Source: Promethearchaeota archaeon
GTDB taxonomy: Archaea; Asgardarchaeota; Lokiarchaeia; Sigyniarchaeales; SOKP01
Direction of reading: 5' to 3'
DNA: 64,000 bases
NCBI GenBank assembly: GCA_048940645.1
Contig: JBHLOI010000003.1
Location: 55,498-119,497 of the forward strand
The notes below the pieces were generated by a model that was not told the DNA's origin, ran no database searches, and saw only the letters and a list, made by a program, of their open reading frames with translations. The position numbers and the translations under genes are program-made. This document shows, piece after piece, positions 8,804 through 18,833 of this stretch (positions are counted from its first letter, which is position 1; the number at the start of each line of letters is the position of its first letter).

Positions 8804-11800
8804 TTATTTAATATTGCTTTTAATGGTTTTTATATTGCTCTTTAATACTTTAACTAATGGTATTTTGGTTAAACGATTTTCAGATAGTATTCGAAGTGCC
8901 TCTTCATGACGGTTTAATGCTTCGGGATAACTCTTTTGATCTAAATATATCAATCCCATCTTATAGTTCGTTTCGGCAATCCCTTCATAATTTTGAAGTT
9001 CATTAAAAATTGCTAAAGCATCATTACTGCGCTTCCATGCTTTGGTATATTCTCCTTGATTTAGATAAACTAACGTCAAATTGTTTAAATATTTAGCTTT
9101 CATCTCATTATTGCTTATTTGTTCAGCTATAGTTATAGCATCTTCAAACCTTTTTAATGCCACAGGATAATTTCCTTCGTCTAAATAAATTAAACCAATA
9201 TGATTCAGACTTTTGGCTTTTCTTTCTAGATTATTAAATTTTTCATCTATTTTTAATGCAGCTTCAAAATTTTTCAAAGCCTCAAGGTATTCACCTTGAT
9301 CTCGATAAATGAGAGCCGTATTGTATAAATTTTCTGATTTTTCTTTTGAATCTTCTAATACTTTAAAGAATTTTATTGCTCTATCATACCAATTTAAAGC
9401 TTCATTATAATTCCCTTGATCTTGATATATCAAGCCAATTTTGTTTAAACTAAATGTCTTTCCAATAAGGTTTCCTGTTTCATCAAAAATTTCTAGAGCC
9501 AGTTTAAATCGTTTAAGCGCATCTCTATATATACCCCTTTGATAATAAATCAAGCCAATTTCATTAAGCAAATTAGCTTTTCTGTCATAATCATAGATTT
9601 TATCAGCTGTTTTAAGTGCTTCTTGATACCATTTAAGAGCCTCTTTAAAGTCTTCTAAATCTTTATAAACTAATCCTATACTATTAAAACAGTCCGTTAC
9701 ACCCTCAAGATTTTCTATTTCAGAAAAAATTGTATATGATTCTTCAAACCATTTCAAGGCTTCGGAATAATAAGTTTGATCATAATAAATCATTCCAATA
9801 TTTCTTAATATTGTAGCTTTTCTAGATAAATTTCCTAATTGTTCTTCGATTTCAAGAGCTTCTCTATATCTTTGCAAAACCTCAGGATAATTTTTTCGAA
9901 TTAAATATATATTACCAATATTAGTTAAACGAATTGATTTTCCTTTTAAATTTGCTAATTGTTCGTCGATCTTTAAAGCATCTTCGAACCATTTTTGAGC
10001 TTCAGAAAAAGCCTCTTCATCATAATAAATATCACCAATGCTATTTAAAACATCTGCTTTTATTTCAAGATTTCCGATCTGTTCCGCTACATAAAGCGCA
10101 TCTTGAAATCTTCTGATAGCTTCTGGGTAGTGTTTCTGAGTTTGATATATTTTTCCTATAATATTAAGGATTTCAAGTTGTATTTCGAAGTTATTCAATT
10201 GTTCTACAATCAAAAGAGCTTCCTCAAATCTTCTCAAAGATTCTAAGAAATTCCATTGATCTTTATAAATACTTCCAACAAAGATAAGACAATTAGCTTT
10301 TTTCTGTAAATTTCCTATTTGTTCACAAGTTTTAACCGCATCCTCTAAATTTTTTAAAGCACTAATATCATCTCCTTGATAATGATAATTTAATCCAATA
10401 TTGTGCAGTGTATCGATTCTACCTTCTAAATTTTTTGCATTATCGTAAATCTCAAGTGCTTTTTCAAATAATTTTGCAGCCCCCGAATAATTTCCTTGAT
10501 CCTGATATATGCTCCCAATTTTATTAAGAATTTCAGCTTTTTTCTCTTCTAATCTCAAATCTTCAAATATAATCAAAGCATCTTTATACCTATTTAAAGA
10601 ATCGGGAAAATTTGCTTGCTCTTGATAGAAATACCCTAGATTCTTTAATGTATCAGCACTTCCTTCACGGTTATTTAATTCAGTGTAAATATTTAAAGCT
10701 TGCTGAAAGTTTCTTAATGTTTCAGTAAACTTTCTTTGTTCTAAATAAATTAAACCTACTACATTAAGATATTCTGCTTTACTATTTCTATCCTTTAAAT
10801 CTTCAAAGATTTTTAATGCTTTGTCGAAAGTATTTAAAGCTTTAGAGAAGTTTCTTTGATCTTTATAGATTAAACCAATATTTTTTAAGACTTTTAATTC
10901 TCCATTAAGATCGCTCAACTTTTCAAAAATTGCTAATGAATCCTCAAACCATTGTAAAGCATCTGAAAATTTATCTTGATTTTGAAAAATTAGACCAATT
11001 TGATTTGATAACTCTGCTTTTTTTTCAACTTTTCCATATTCTTCAGCAATCTGAAAAGCATCTTCAAAATTTTCCAAAGCTTTTGAATAATTCCATTGAT
11101 CTCTATATATAATCCCAAGGTTTCTAAGAGAATCCATTTTACCTTCAACATATTGCAGTTTATCGAATATATTCAGGGCTTCATTGCACTTTTCTAATCC
11201 TAATAAGGAGTCATCCTTTAGATGATAGATATAACCTATATTATTAAGTATTTCTGCTTTTTCTTTCAAATCTTCTAACTTATCACTGATTGTGAAAGCT
11301 TCTTCTAAATAGTTCAATGCCTCTTCATAATTTTCCTTTGAATAATAAACATTACCAATGCTTTTTAGATTAATTGCTTTTTCTTTTAAATTAACTAACT
11401 TTTCATTAATTTTAATTGCGGATTCAAAATTCTTTAATGCCTCTGTATAATTACCTTGATTTTGATAAATTAAACCAATATTGTTAAGAATCTCTGATTT
11501 AACTTGAAAATTTTTAACTTTTTCATTTGCTTTTAAGGCTTGCGTCAAATATTTTAGAGCTTCCTCAGAATTATCTAAATTGTTATAAACCAATCCTAAA
11601 TTCTTAAATACGGCAACTTGTTGATCAATATTCTTCATTTTAAATTGTACTTGAAGGGATTTTTTAAGCCATTCTAAAGCTTTATCGTAATTTGTTTGAT
11701 CTCGATTTATTATACCCATATTCAATAAAGCAACTGCTTTCCATAAGTCATCCCCAGATTCATCTGCTATGCGATATATTCTTTCTAAACATCTTAATGA

Positions 11801-12862
11801 ATCATTATATCTTTTAGTTTCATAATATATTTTATGTGAGATATAAAGTTTTTTCAATTCATCAGGCTCCTTAATATTGCTTCTAAGCCAGTCCATTAAA
11901 TCAACTGAAAAGTTTTCAGACGTGATAAGATCTTTATTCTCCAAATAACTCTCAATAAGTTTCGCTGTATTTGTATTTAATCGATATACGTTAACTGAAT
12001 CATTGATTTGTTTGATCTCTAATAAATATTGATCAATCTCGTCTACTTCTTTCATATCCTGCATCCTTTTAGGTAGAATTTCATAAAAATTTTCTTTTGA
12101 TTTATCTTCACTGATATGATTTATCCAAATTAAATTCTTTAAATTTCTCATTATTTTAAGAGTTGAAACTATATCTAAATCATTTTTACCAGAATAACCA
12201 AAGATAATTAAAGAGCGATCATCGGATATGTTTTCAAGAAATTGAGCTTTATACGGTTCTAGTTGAAGTAAATTACTTTTGTTGAAATTGAGGCCTAATA
12301 ATCTGATTGTATTAATAAAGGAGTCTTTTGTATCTTCTCCGGTTATTATATTTTTTGGAGAACCATGTATCTTATAAATAGCATATTTTCCACTTTTTAA
12401 TAGTTTCTTTGGATCTTTATATTTTTCATAATCCCTCTCAGTAATCACTGGTACGATCTTTTTCTTTTGAATATCTAGTTTTAGTAAAGCATGTTCTACA
12501 AGTGAATCAAAATTGGAAGTCATTAAAAAATGCCCCCTTTTAAGCATTTCTGCTAAAAAGAAATGTATTATATTTGGTTTATCATTTTCTAAATAGAAAT
12601 TTGCAAATGAAAGTTTACTATCAAAAGTATCTTGAAATATTTCAATTAAAATTTCAAATCTTAATTCCTCAATTTGAAGGATTTTTTCGATTTCTGATTT
12701 CACGCATGTATACTTAATTAGAGTTTCCATTACTTTTCGTGCACTAGGCATCGATGAAGGCGATTCAATTGAAGATCCTGCACCCGCAAGGAAAACAAGC
12801 TTTTTATCATCACCTAATAAATCTGAAAAACTCAAATCGGCTAATTTTTGTATTGAACTCAT
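8804..12862 (-). CDS. SIR2-like (SIR2_2) domain fused to a long TPR array
   Basis: VFLAGAGSS, TSNFD, KIHGS and IIFGYSG in the first ~250 aa, then about 25 repeats of 40 aa (A..LNNIG.IY..QG.Y.EAL..FE.AL.I). Confidence 0.88.
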   Translation of the reverse strand: MSSIQKLADLSFSDLLGDDKKLVFLAGAGSSIESPSSMPSARKVMETLIKYTCVKSEIEKILQIEELRFEILIEIFQDTFDSKLSFANFYLENDKPNIIHFFLAEMLKRGHFLMTSNFDSLVEHALLKLDIQKKKIVPVITERDYEKYKDPKKLLKSGKYAIYKIHGSPKNIITGEDTKDSFINTIRLLGLNFNKSNLLQLEPYKAQFLENISDDRSLIIFGYSGKNDLDIVSTLKIMRNLKNLIWINHISEDKSKENFYEILPKRMQDMKEVDEIDQYLLEIKQINDSVNVYRLNTNTAKLIESYLENKDLITSENFSVDLMDWLRSNIKEPDELKKLYISHKIYYETKRYNDSLRCLERIYRIADESGDDLWKAVALLNMGIINRDQTNYDKALEWLKKSLQVQFKMKNIDQQVAVFKNLGLVYNNLDNSEEALKYLTQALKANEKVKNFQVKSEILNNIGLIYQNQGNYTEALKNFESAIKINEKLVNLKEKAINLKSIGNVYYSKENYEEALNYLEEAFTISDKLEDLKEKAEILNNIGYIYHLKDDSLLGLEKCNEALNIFDKLQYVEGKMDSLRNLGIIYRDQWNYSKALENFEDAFQIAEEYGKVEKKAELSNQIGLIFQNQDKFSDALQWFEDSLAIFEKLSDLNGELKVLKNIGLIYKDQRNFSKALNTFDKALKIFEDLKDRNSKAEYLNVVGLIYLEQRKFTETLRNFQQALNIYTELNNREGSADTLKNLGYFYQEQANFPDSLNRYKDALIIFEDLRLEEKKAEILNKIGSIYQDQGNYSGAAKLFEKALEIYDNAKNLEGRIDTLHNIGLNYHYQGDDISALKNLEDAVKTCEQIGNLQKKANCLIFVGSIYKDQWNFLESLRRFEEALLIVEQLNNFEIQLEILNIIGKIYQTQKHYPEAIRRFQDALYVAEQIGNLEIKADVLNSIGDIYYDEEAFSEAQKWFEDALKIDEQLANLKGKSIRLTNIGNIYLIRKNYPEVLQRYREALEIEEQLGNLSRKATILRNIGMIYYDQTYYSEALKWFEESYTIFSEIENLEGVTDCFNSIGLVYKDLEDFKEALKWYQEALKTADKIYDYDRKANLLNEIGLIYYQRGIYRDALKRFKLALEIFDETGNLIGKTFSLNKIGLIYQDQGNYNEALNWYDRAIKFFKVLEDSKEKSENLYNTALIYRDQGEYLEALKNFEAALKIDEKFNNLERKAKSLNHIGLIYLDEGNYPVALKRFEDAITIAEQISNNEMKAKYLNNLTLVYLNQGEYTKAWKRSNDALAIFNELQNYEGIAETNYKMGLIYLDQKSYPEALNRHEEALRILSENRLTKIPLVKVLKSNIKTIKSNIK

Positions 12863-12991
12863 TTTCGCACCCTAAAAAATCGTAATATTCTTATTTAGTT
12901 AAGTAATAGGATTTTTTTCCAATCTTAAATAATTTTGCCTTATTGATTAAATTAGACATAATTTGATAATTCTAATCCCAAAATTTATTTT

Positions 12992-13813
12992 CTAATTGAT
13001 AAAGAAAGAAGTAATTTCATTCTTTATCTTTTCAAAATGAGCATCTTCTATACAAACATGATCCATTCCGGAAATCACAACAATATCAATATTTTTATGG
13101 TTTATTGGTATAATTTGGTTTAATTCATTTAATGGAGTAACTTTATCTAATTCTCCAATTATTAGTTTTATTTTAGTGTATTTAATTTTTTTTATGAAGT
13201 TTTTAACTTGATACTCTTTTCTTTTTAACTCTAATTTAGTTTTCTTTATAAATTCATCAATATCTTCTATACCCCGAATATTTCCTGGGAGGAATCGATT
13301 TATATAGTGTAGTGATTTCGGAAAGTTCTCATTATAAACATGTCTTTCTAAATCCAGAATTGGACATAGCAATAATAATTTATTAATAATATTAATTTGG
13401 GAACATAATATTAATGCAATGTAACTTCCAAAACCGTGTGTAAGAATATTGACATTTTGAATGCTAAAAATTCCATTATCTGACATAATTTGAATAAATT
13501 CTAAAACTTTTAAAGAATCCGATACTTGTGATTCGATTGATATAATTCCTTCACTAGATCTATATCCTCTAAAGTTAAAAACTAGAAAAGCAAAACCAAT
13601 TTCTAATAAATATTGATAATTTCTAACATTCTCTATTAATGTGAAAAGTTGAGGAAAATCATGAAAATAAATTATTAAAGGATAAGGTTTTTTAAAATTT
13701 TCTCTTGGAAAATAGAGTATACCCTTAAAAATTTGACCTTCGTTATGAATTTCTATTTCTGAAACTTCATAAGGGCCATCATATTGTTTATCTTTGAATT
13801 CCAAAAAATTCAC
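12992..13813 (-). CDS. Alpha/beta-hydrolase-fold protein, apparently lacking the nucleophilic Ser
   Basis: FNFRGYRSSEG, GELDKVTP and GMDH are present; nucleophile elbow reads THGFG rather than GHSxG. Confidence 0.8.
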   Translation of the reverse strand: MNFLEFKDKQYDGPYEVSEIEIHNEGQIFKGILYFPRENFKKPYPLIIYFHDFPQLFTLIENVRNYQYLLEIGFAFLVFNFRGYRSSEGIISIESQVSDSLKVLEFIQIMSDNGIFSIQNVNILTHGFGSYIALILCSQINIINKLLLLCPILDLERHVYNENFPKSLHYINRFLPGNIRGIEDIDEFIKKTKLELKRKEYQVKNFIKKIKYTKIKLIIGELDKVTPLNELNQIIPINHKNIDIVVISGMDHVCIEDAHFEKIKNEITSFFIN

Positions 13814-13904
13814 ATCTATATATTCTATAATAATAAGGTTTATCTAATTTAATTAATAGTCAAAAATAAAAGAATTATTGTAAAATTTCCTTTTTAATAA
13901 AAAA

Positions 13905-14753
13905 ATGGAACTAGAAGATTGGCATACTCATAACTCTCTTTGTCGTCATGCTACTGGTTCTCTTGAAGATTATGTGGAAAAAGCAATTAAATTTGGTATA
14001 GATCTTATTGGGTTTAGTGATCATTTTCCTTACGAGTTTTTAAAAGGAATAGAGGGATTACCATATGAAGAATATGCAATGCAGCTTCATCAGATTGGAC
14101 ATTATCTCTCAACTGCTGAGAAATTAAAAGAAAAATTTAAAGATAGGATCGAAATTAAAATTGCTTTTGAATTGGATTATATAGAACATCAGGTTACTGC
14201 CTATAAAAGATATCTCAATAAACATCTTGATAGATTAGATTATATATTAGGATCTGTCCATATCCTTCAAGGAAAAGGGCAGATCTTTGCAATTGATGAT
14301 AATAGATTTTTAAAAAATTATGAATTGTATGAGAGTATAACTGGGATTTATTTAGATTATTATCACACTTTACAAAAAATGATAAAATCCATAGAATTTG
14401 ATTTTGATATTATAAGCCATTTTGATTTGCCAAAAAAATTTAATAAAGAACCAGAAAATTCAGAACTGATTGACGAGCAAGTAGTAAAAATATTAGAGCT
14501 TGTAAAAAAAAAGAATTTAACAATTGAGATAAATACTAGTGGTTTGAGAAAACAGATTAAAGAACAATATCCAAGTGTTAAAATTATGAAAGAAATATAC
14601 GAGCTAGATATTCCAATCTTACTTGGCTCAGATGCCCATCATCCTAATGAGTTAGGATTTAATTTCAATAATACAATTAAGTTACTAAAAGAAATAGGTT
14701 TTGAACAACTGGCTTATTTTGAAAAGAGAAAAAGATCATTCATTGAACTATAA
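13905..14753 (+). CDS. PHP-family histidinol-phosphatase (HisJ type)
   Basis: DWHTH..LCRHA, GFSDH, GSVH, HFDLPK, EINTSG, GSDAH. Confidence 0.88.
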   Translation: MELEDWHTHNSLCRHATGSLEDYVEKAIKFGIDLIGFSDHFPYEFLKGIEGLPYEEYAMQLHQIGHYLSTAEKLKEKFKDRIEIKIAFELDYIEHQVTAYKRYLNKHLDRLDYILGSVHILQGKGQIFAIDDNRFLKNYELYESITGIYLDYYHTLQKMIKSIEFDFDIISHFDLPKKFNKEPENSELIDEQVVKILELVKKKNLTIEINTSGLRKQIKEQYPSVKIMKEIYELDIPILLGSDAHHPNELGFNFNNTIKLLKEIGFEQLAYFEKRKRSFIEL

Positions 14754-14767
14754 TCAATGTAGTTTAA

Positions 14768-15490
14768 GTGATAAGAATGGAGAAAAAACGAGATAAATGT
14801 GAAATATGTGGAAAAGATTTAGTTTATGCAACCACCACTAGTGAATATAAGGAATTAAAATGCGAATTTTGTGAGAATGTAATTAATAGTAATACTTATT
14901 GCGAGGATGGTCATTACATATGTGATTCATGTCATATGAAAGGTCCAATTAAAATCATTGAAGAGATCTGTGAAAAAACTAATATTAAAGATCCCTTTAA
15001 ATTGGTAGAAAAAATAATGAAGCATCACAAATTCAAGATGTATGGGCCCGAACATCATGTATTAACTCCTGCTGTTATCATAACTGTATTAAGAAATAAT
15101 AATATCACAAAACCAAATGGAGAACTAATTACTTTATTCGATATTAAAGAAGCAATTAGAAGAGCTTCAAAAATACCTGGTGGATGGTGTGGCTTTTATG
15201 GGTCTTGTGGAGCAGGAATGGGTTCTGGAATAGCCATAAGCATTTTTACTGGAGCAAATCCCAGTAAAAATATACCACGTTCTTTAGCAAATGAGATGAC
15301 ATCAAGGGCTTTATCAAAAATCGCTGATAATTTAGAGCATTGCTGTAAAAGATCTCTTAAAATATCCATTTACGAAGCCTTAGATTTTATTAAAGAAAAA
15401 TTTAATATTAATTTGAATTTTTCTCAACAAAAATGCTCATTTTCTATCCTAAATGAGAAATGCGAAAAATCTTCATGTCCAATGTTTTGA
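14768..15490 (+). CDS. Cys-rich DUF5714-like protein
   Basis: N-terminal CxxC zinc ribbons; GPEHH, PGGWCGFYGSCG and CCKR motifs. Confidence 0.75.
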   Translation: MIRMEKKRDKCEICGKDLVYATTTSEYKELKCEFCENVINSNTYCEDGHYICDSCHMKGPIKIIEEICEKTNIKDPFKLVEKIMKHHKFKMYGPEHHVLTPAVIITVLRNNNITKPNGELITLFDIKEAIRRASKIPGGWCGFYGSCGAGMGSGIAISIFTGANPSKNIPRSLANEMTSRALSKIADNLEHCCKRSLKISIYEALDFIKEKFNINLNFSQQKCSFSILNEKCEKSSCPMF

Positions 15491-15536
15491 AGAGCATAAG
15501 AAAAAGGAGTTTATCAATATATTCTAAGAGATGTTA

Positions 15537-16523
15537 TCATTCTATTTTCCTTGAACGTAACCAGCCTTCCATTACGAGGGAACGATATAATTTCAAATGT
15601 TTAGGATCTCTTGTATGGATGACTAAATGATTCATAACATTTTTACCAATAACAGCAAACAGTAATTCTTCTCCATCCCGATCTATTACGTATCTATCTT
15701 CTCCTTCATACATTCGAATTGATATATTATCTAGACTTTCAAATTCTTCTAAAAGTTCTGCATCTTCTTCTAATGATGCATCAATATAACATGAGATTTT
15801 CATATTCACTGAGGATCTGACTTCATATAAATATAATTCCTGCAAATCTTTGATATTTGGAACAGCAATGGTGACATTATGTAGTGATTTCATTAAAATC
15901 TCTCTCATTTTTTCAAGAATTCTTGATTTTGGAATTTCTATTTCTGTCCAATCAATTATTTTTGCTCCAGAAGCTGCAGCTAACTGACTTCTTAACTTTT
16001 CATTTTCTTTTTCCAATGCTTCTAAATCTTCATCCGCAGTCATTAATTCATTATTTAGAATCTCTATTTTCTTTTCTAAATCGTCAACGAGTTTTTCCTT
16101 TTCAACTAGAGCATCTTTATTAACAGTAGTATCAATTAAAGTCTTAATTCGTTTTTCTCTCAATTCGATAGATTTTTCTAATGCCTCGATTTTTTCATCT
16201 TTTATTTTGACTGAACTATCTAATGTATTAACTTGTTCAGATTTTAATTTTAAAGAATCTTTAAGTGTTTGAATTTGATCTTCTTTAAGTCTCATGGACT
16301 TTTGTAAATTATCTATCATTTCATCCTTAGTTTTAATTACTTGATCGATAGCTTTTATTTTTGTATTCAATTCTTCTACTTTCCCAAATTCCTTAATTTT
16401 TAATTCTAGTTCTTTGTTTAAATTACTGATTTGTTTATCTTTGAGCTTAATTTCTTCAAGTAGTGTGCTGATACGATCGCCTTTTGTCTTTGTTTGACTT
16501 TTTAACTTTTCCATGTTTTCCAT
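15537..16523 (-). CDS. Coiled-coil protein with C-terminal TrmB/PLD-like domain
   Basis: About 185 aa of heptad/14-aa repeats, then ILEKMREILMKSLHNVTIAVP...YVIDRDGEELLFA. Confidence 0.65.
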   Translation of the reverse strand: MENMEKLKSQTKTKGDRISTLLEEIKLKDKQISNLNKELELKIKEFGKVEELNTKIKAIDQVIKTKDEMIDNLQKSMRLKEDQIQTLKDSLKLKSEQVNTLDSSVKIKDEKIEALEKSIELREKRIKTLIDTTVNKDALVEKEKLVDDLEKKIEILNNELMTADEDLEALEKENEKLRSQLAAASGAKIIDWTEIEIPKSRILEKMREILMKSLHNVTIAVPNIKDLQELYLYEVRSSVNMKISCYIDASLEEDAELLEEFESLDNISIRMYEGEDRYVIDRDGEELLFAVIGKNVMNHLVIHTRDPKHLKLYRSLVMEGWLRSRKIE

Positions 16524-16798
16524 GGTTTCCTATCTCATTTTTTTTCTGATTTATAAATAAATAAGAAAAATTTCCTTTTTATTTCTTAGCTAAATATAGA
16601 ATTTATTCTTAATAAAAATTATAGAATCAACATGGTTAATCTAAGTGAAAAGAAAGAAATAATATGTTTCTATCCACTATTTTATGAAGCTGATTGAATA
16701 GCAAAATGTTCCTCTTAATGACAATATCCAATTTTATTCTCTGCTATATATAGAGGATTAAGAATAGTTTTATATGTAATTACTCCTATTATAAATTC

Positions 16799-17533
16799 AT
16801 GAATTCAGAACCAAACTTTAATGATTTAGAAATTGACTTAACAAAATTAATTGAAAAAGAAATAAATGAGAAACATGGTATTCTTGGAATCTCAGTATCT
16901 TCACATGGAGGAACCCATCTTGCGAGTAAATTTAAAAAAGAGATTAAAATGACCAAAACAGAAATATCTGCTGCGAGTAGTAGTATGGTCTTTCTTTCCT
17001 CAAAGATTTTAACCGATTCTTTAAACCAAAAAATATCATATAATTTAATCACTGGAAAGGAGAGAATAATAGTTTCAATTTTAACTGAAAATGTTGCTCT
17101 AATGGCATATCTAAATAGGGAATTAGCTGAACTTGAAGGATTAGATTCATATATAAATTCCCTAAAAATCTTTGCCATTCAACTATCTGCAATCATAGAT
17201 ACTTCTGACCTAATTAAAGAAGAAATATTTGTTGCGGTAAAAAGAGCTATACCAAATGCGTTAGTGATTGCAATAATAACCAAAGATGGTTTACCAATTA
17301 AAATTCAATCAACTATGCCTGAACCAATACTTTCTGCAATGACTTCTGCAATATATAATTTAGCAGGTATTCTATTGGGGGGAGGTTTAGAATACTCCAT
17401 AATTGGAGGCGAGAATGGTTCTATTATAATTCATGAATTAGATGAAACCAGAATTCTTGCAATTGCTGTACCAGAAGCGGATGAAAGAAAATTAGGATCC
17501 TATATAGCAAAAATTAAATCATTAATTAAATAA
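16799..17533 (+). CDS. Tandem (double) roadblock/LC7 domain protein
   Basis: Two ~120-aa units: GISVSSHGGTHLAS...ISAASSSM and AIITKDGLPI...LSAMTSAI...GENG. Confidence 0.85.
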   Translation: MNSEPNFNDLEIDLTKLIEKEINEKHGILGISVSSHGGTHLASKFKKEIKMTKTEISAASSSMVFLSSKILTDSLNQKISYNLITGKERIIVSILTENVALMAYLNRELAELEGLDSYINSLKIFAIQLSAIIDTSDLIKEEIFVAVKRAIPNALVIAIITKDGLPIKIQSTMPEPILSAMTSAIYNLAGILLGGGLEYSIIGGENGSIIIHELDETRILAIAVPEADERKLGSYIAKIKSLIK

Positions 17534-17542
17534 AATTAAAAT

Positions 17543-18790
17543 TCAAGAGATAATCTTAATTATCCCATCAACTATCTTTAATGCTCCAAAAAAAGATTCA
17601 GAAAAGGATTTTGCGCTAAATAAGATGGAGCATACAGGTTCTCCCTTAACCATATTCTTAATTGGTTCGCTTTTATCTTGAATAAACTTAAGATTGTTTA
17701 TTTTTTCAATTTTATCTATTGGAACTTCTTTAGGTGCGAAAAAAATTAGCTTAGTTACATATTTCTTACAAATCTGATTATTCAATATCTCAATAATTTC
17801 ATTCCACTTCTCTTGATTAAAACTTTTAACATGTAAATCTAATAAATTTATATTCATAGAATCCTCTGAAGCCCTTATGGAGCCAGGAATTCTTGGATTA
17901 ATTTCCATTAAATAAGGATAATGATTTCTTAACACAAAATCAAATCCGTTAATCCCTCTTAATCCTAATATATTCGTGAGCAAGATTGAAATCTCAGAGA
18001 TCAATTTATTATCTTCATTTAATAAGTTTCCTGGAACGATATTTCCACAATACATGAATTGTTTAGGTGGATTAACATACTCTAAACCAATAATTTGACG
18101 GTTAATAGTTATGACTTTAGTTTCAGTCCCATTAGAAATTGTGGTACAACTAACTGGTATTCCCTCAATATACTCTTGAATCAACCAATTTGAAGAGTTA
18201 TAACCTTTAAATTCTAATTTCTTAATTAGAAAGGTTAACTGCTCTTTATTCTCAATTTTAAATACATTTATTCCTCCAGAACTCTTTATCTTTTTCAAGA
18301 TGAAAGGGTGTGCTAAAGATTTATTTAATTTTTCAAATTTCTTTAATTCATAGCTAATTGGAACTTTATATCCCAAATTATTTAGAGTATGATAAATTTT
18401 AGAAATATTTCTGGCATTTTCCATGACACTCATATTATTATTAAGGCTTTTAGTACCATCTTTTTTTTTTTTAATTTTATCAAGAATATATTTACGTTCT
18501 TCTAAATGATCATCCATACCACTAGCAATAATCAAATTTTCTATATCAGGATATTTATTTAATAAATCAATTGTATAGTGAGCCAAAAATTGTTGATAAT
18601 TATTTTTAATTGAACTATATCTCGCTTTTAATTCTTTCGTTATAATTATAGAATCTTTAACGTAGGGATATAAATCTAAATCTCCAAAAAAGTCAACAAC
18701 ATATACATCATATCCTGCTTTATTTAAAGAATAAGCAAGAGGACGTGTATTAAAACCAACAACTAAAACAGAGTTCTTTTTTCCTTCCAT
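17543..18790 (-). CDS. Archaeal ATP-grasp protein (COG2232-like)
   Basis: GFNTRPLA, DFFGDLD, SSGG, QEYIEG, GINGFDF, EINPR. Confidence 0.85.
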   Translation of the reverse strand: MEGKKNSVLVVGFNTRPLAYSLNKAGYDVYVVDFFGDLDLYPYVKDSIIITKELKARYSSIKNNYQQFLAHYTIDLLNKYPDIENLIIASGMDDHLEERKYILDKIKKKKDGTKSLNNNMSVMENARNISKIYHTLNNLGYKVPISYELKKFEKLNKSLAHPFILKKIKSSGGINVFKIENKEQLTFLIKKLEFKGYNSSNWLIQEYIEGIPVSCTTISNGTETKVITINRQIIGLEYVNPPKQFMYCGNIVPGNLLNEDNKLISEISILLTNILGLRGINGFDFVLRNHYPYLMEINPRIPGSIRASEDSMNINLLDLHVKSFNQEKWNEIIEILNNQICKKYVTKLIFFAPKEVPIDKIEKINNLKFIQDKSEPIKNMVKGEPVCSILFSAKSFSESFFGALKIVDGIIKIIS

Positions 18791-18833
18791 TAAATTATAA
18801 ATAATTTTTGAGTTTAAAGAAATTTTTTCAAAT

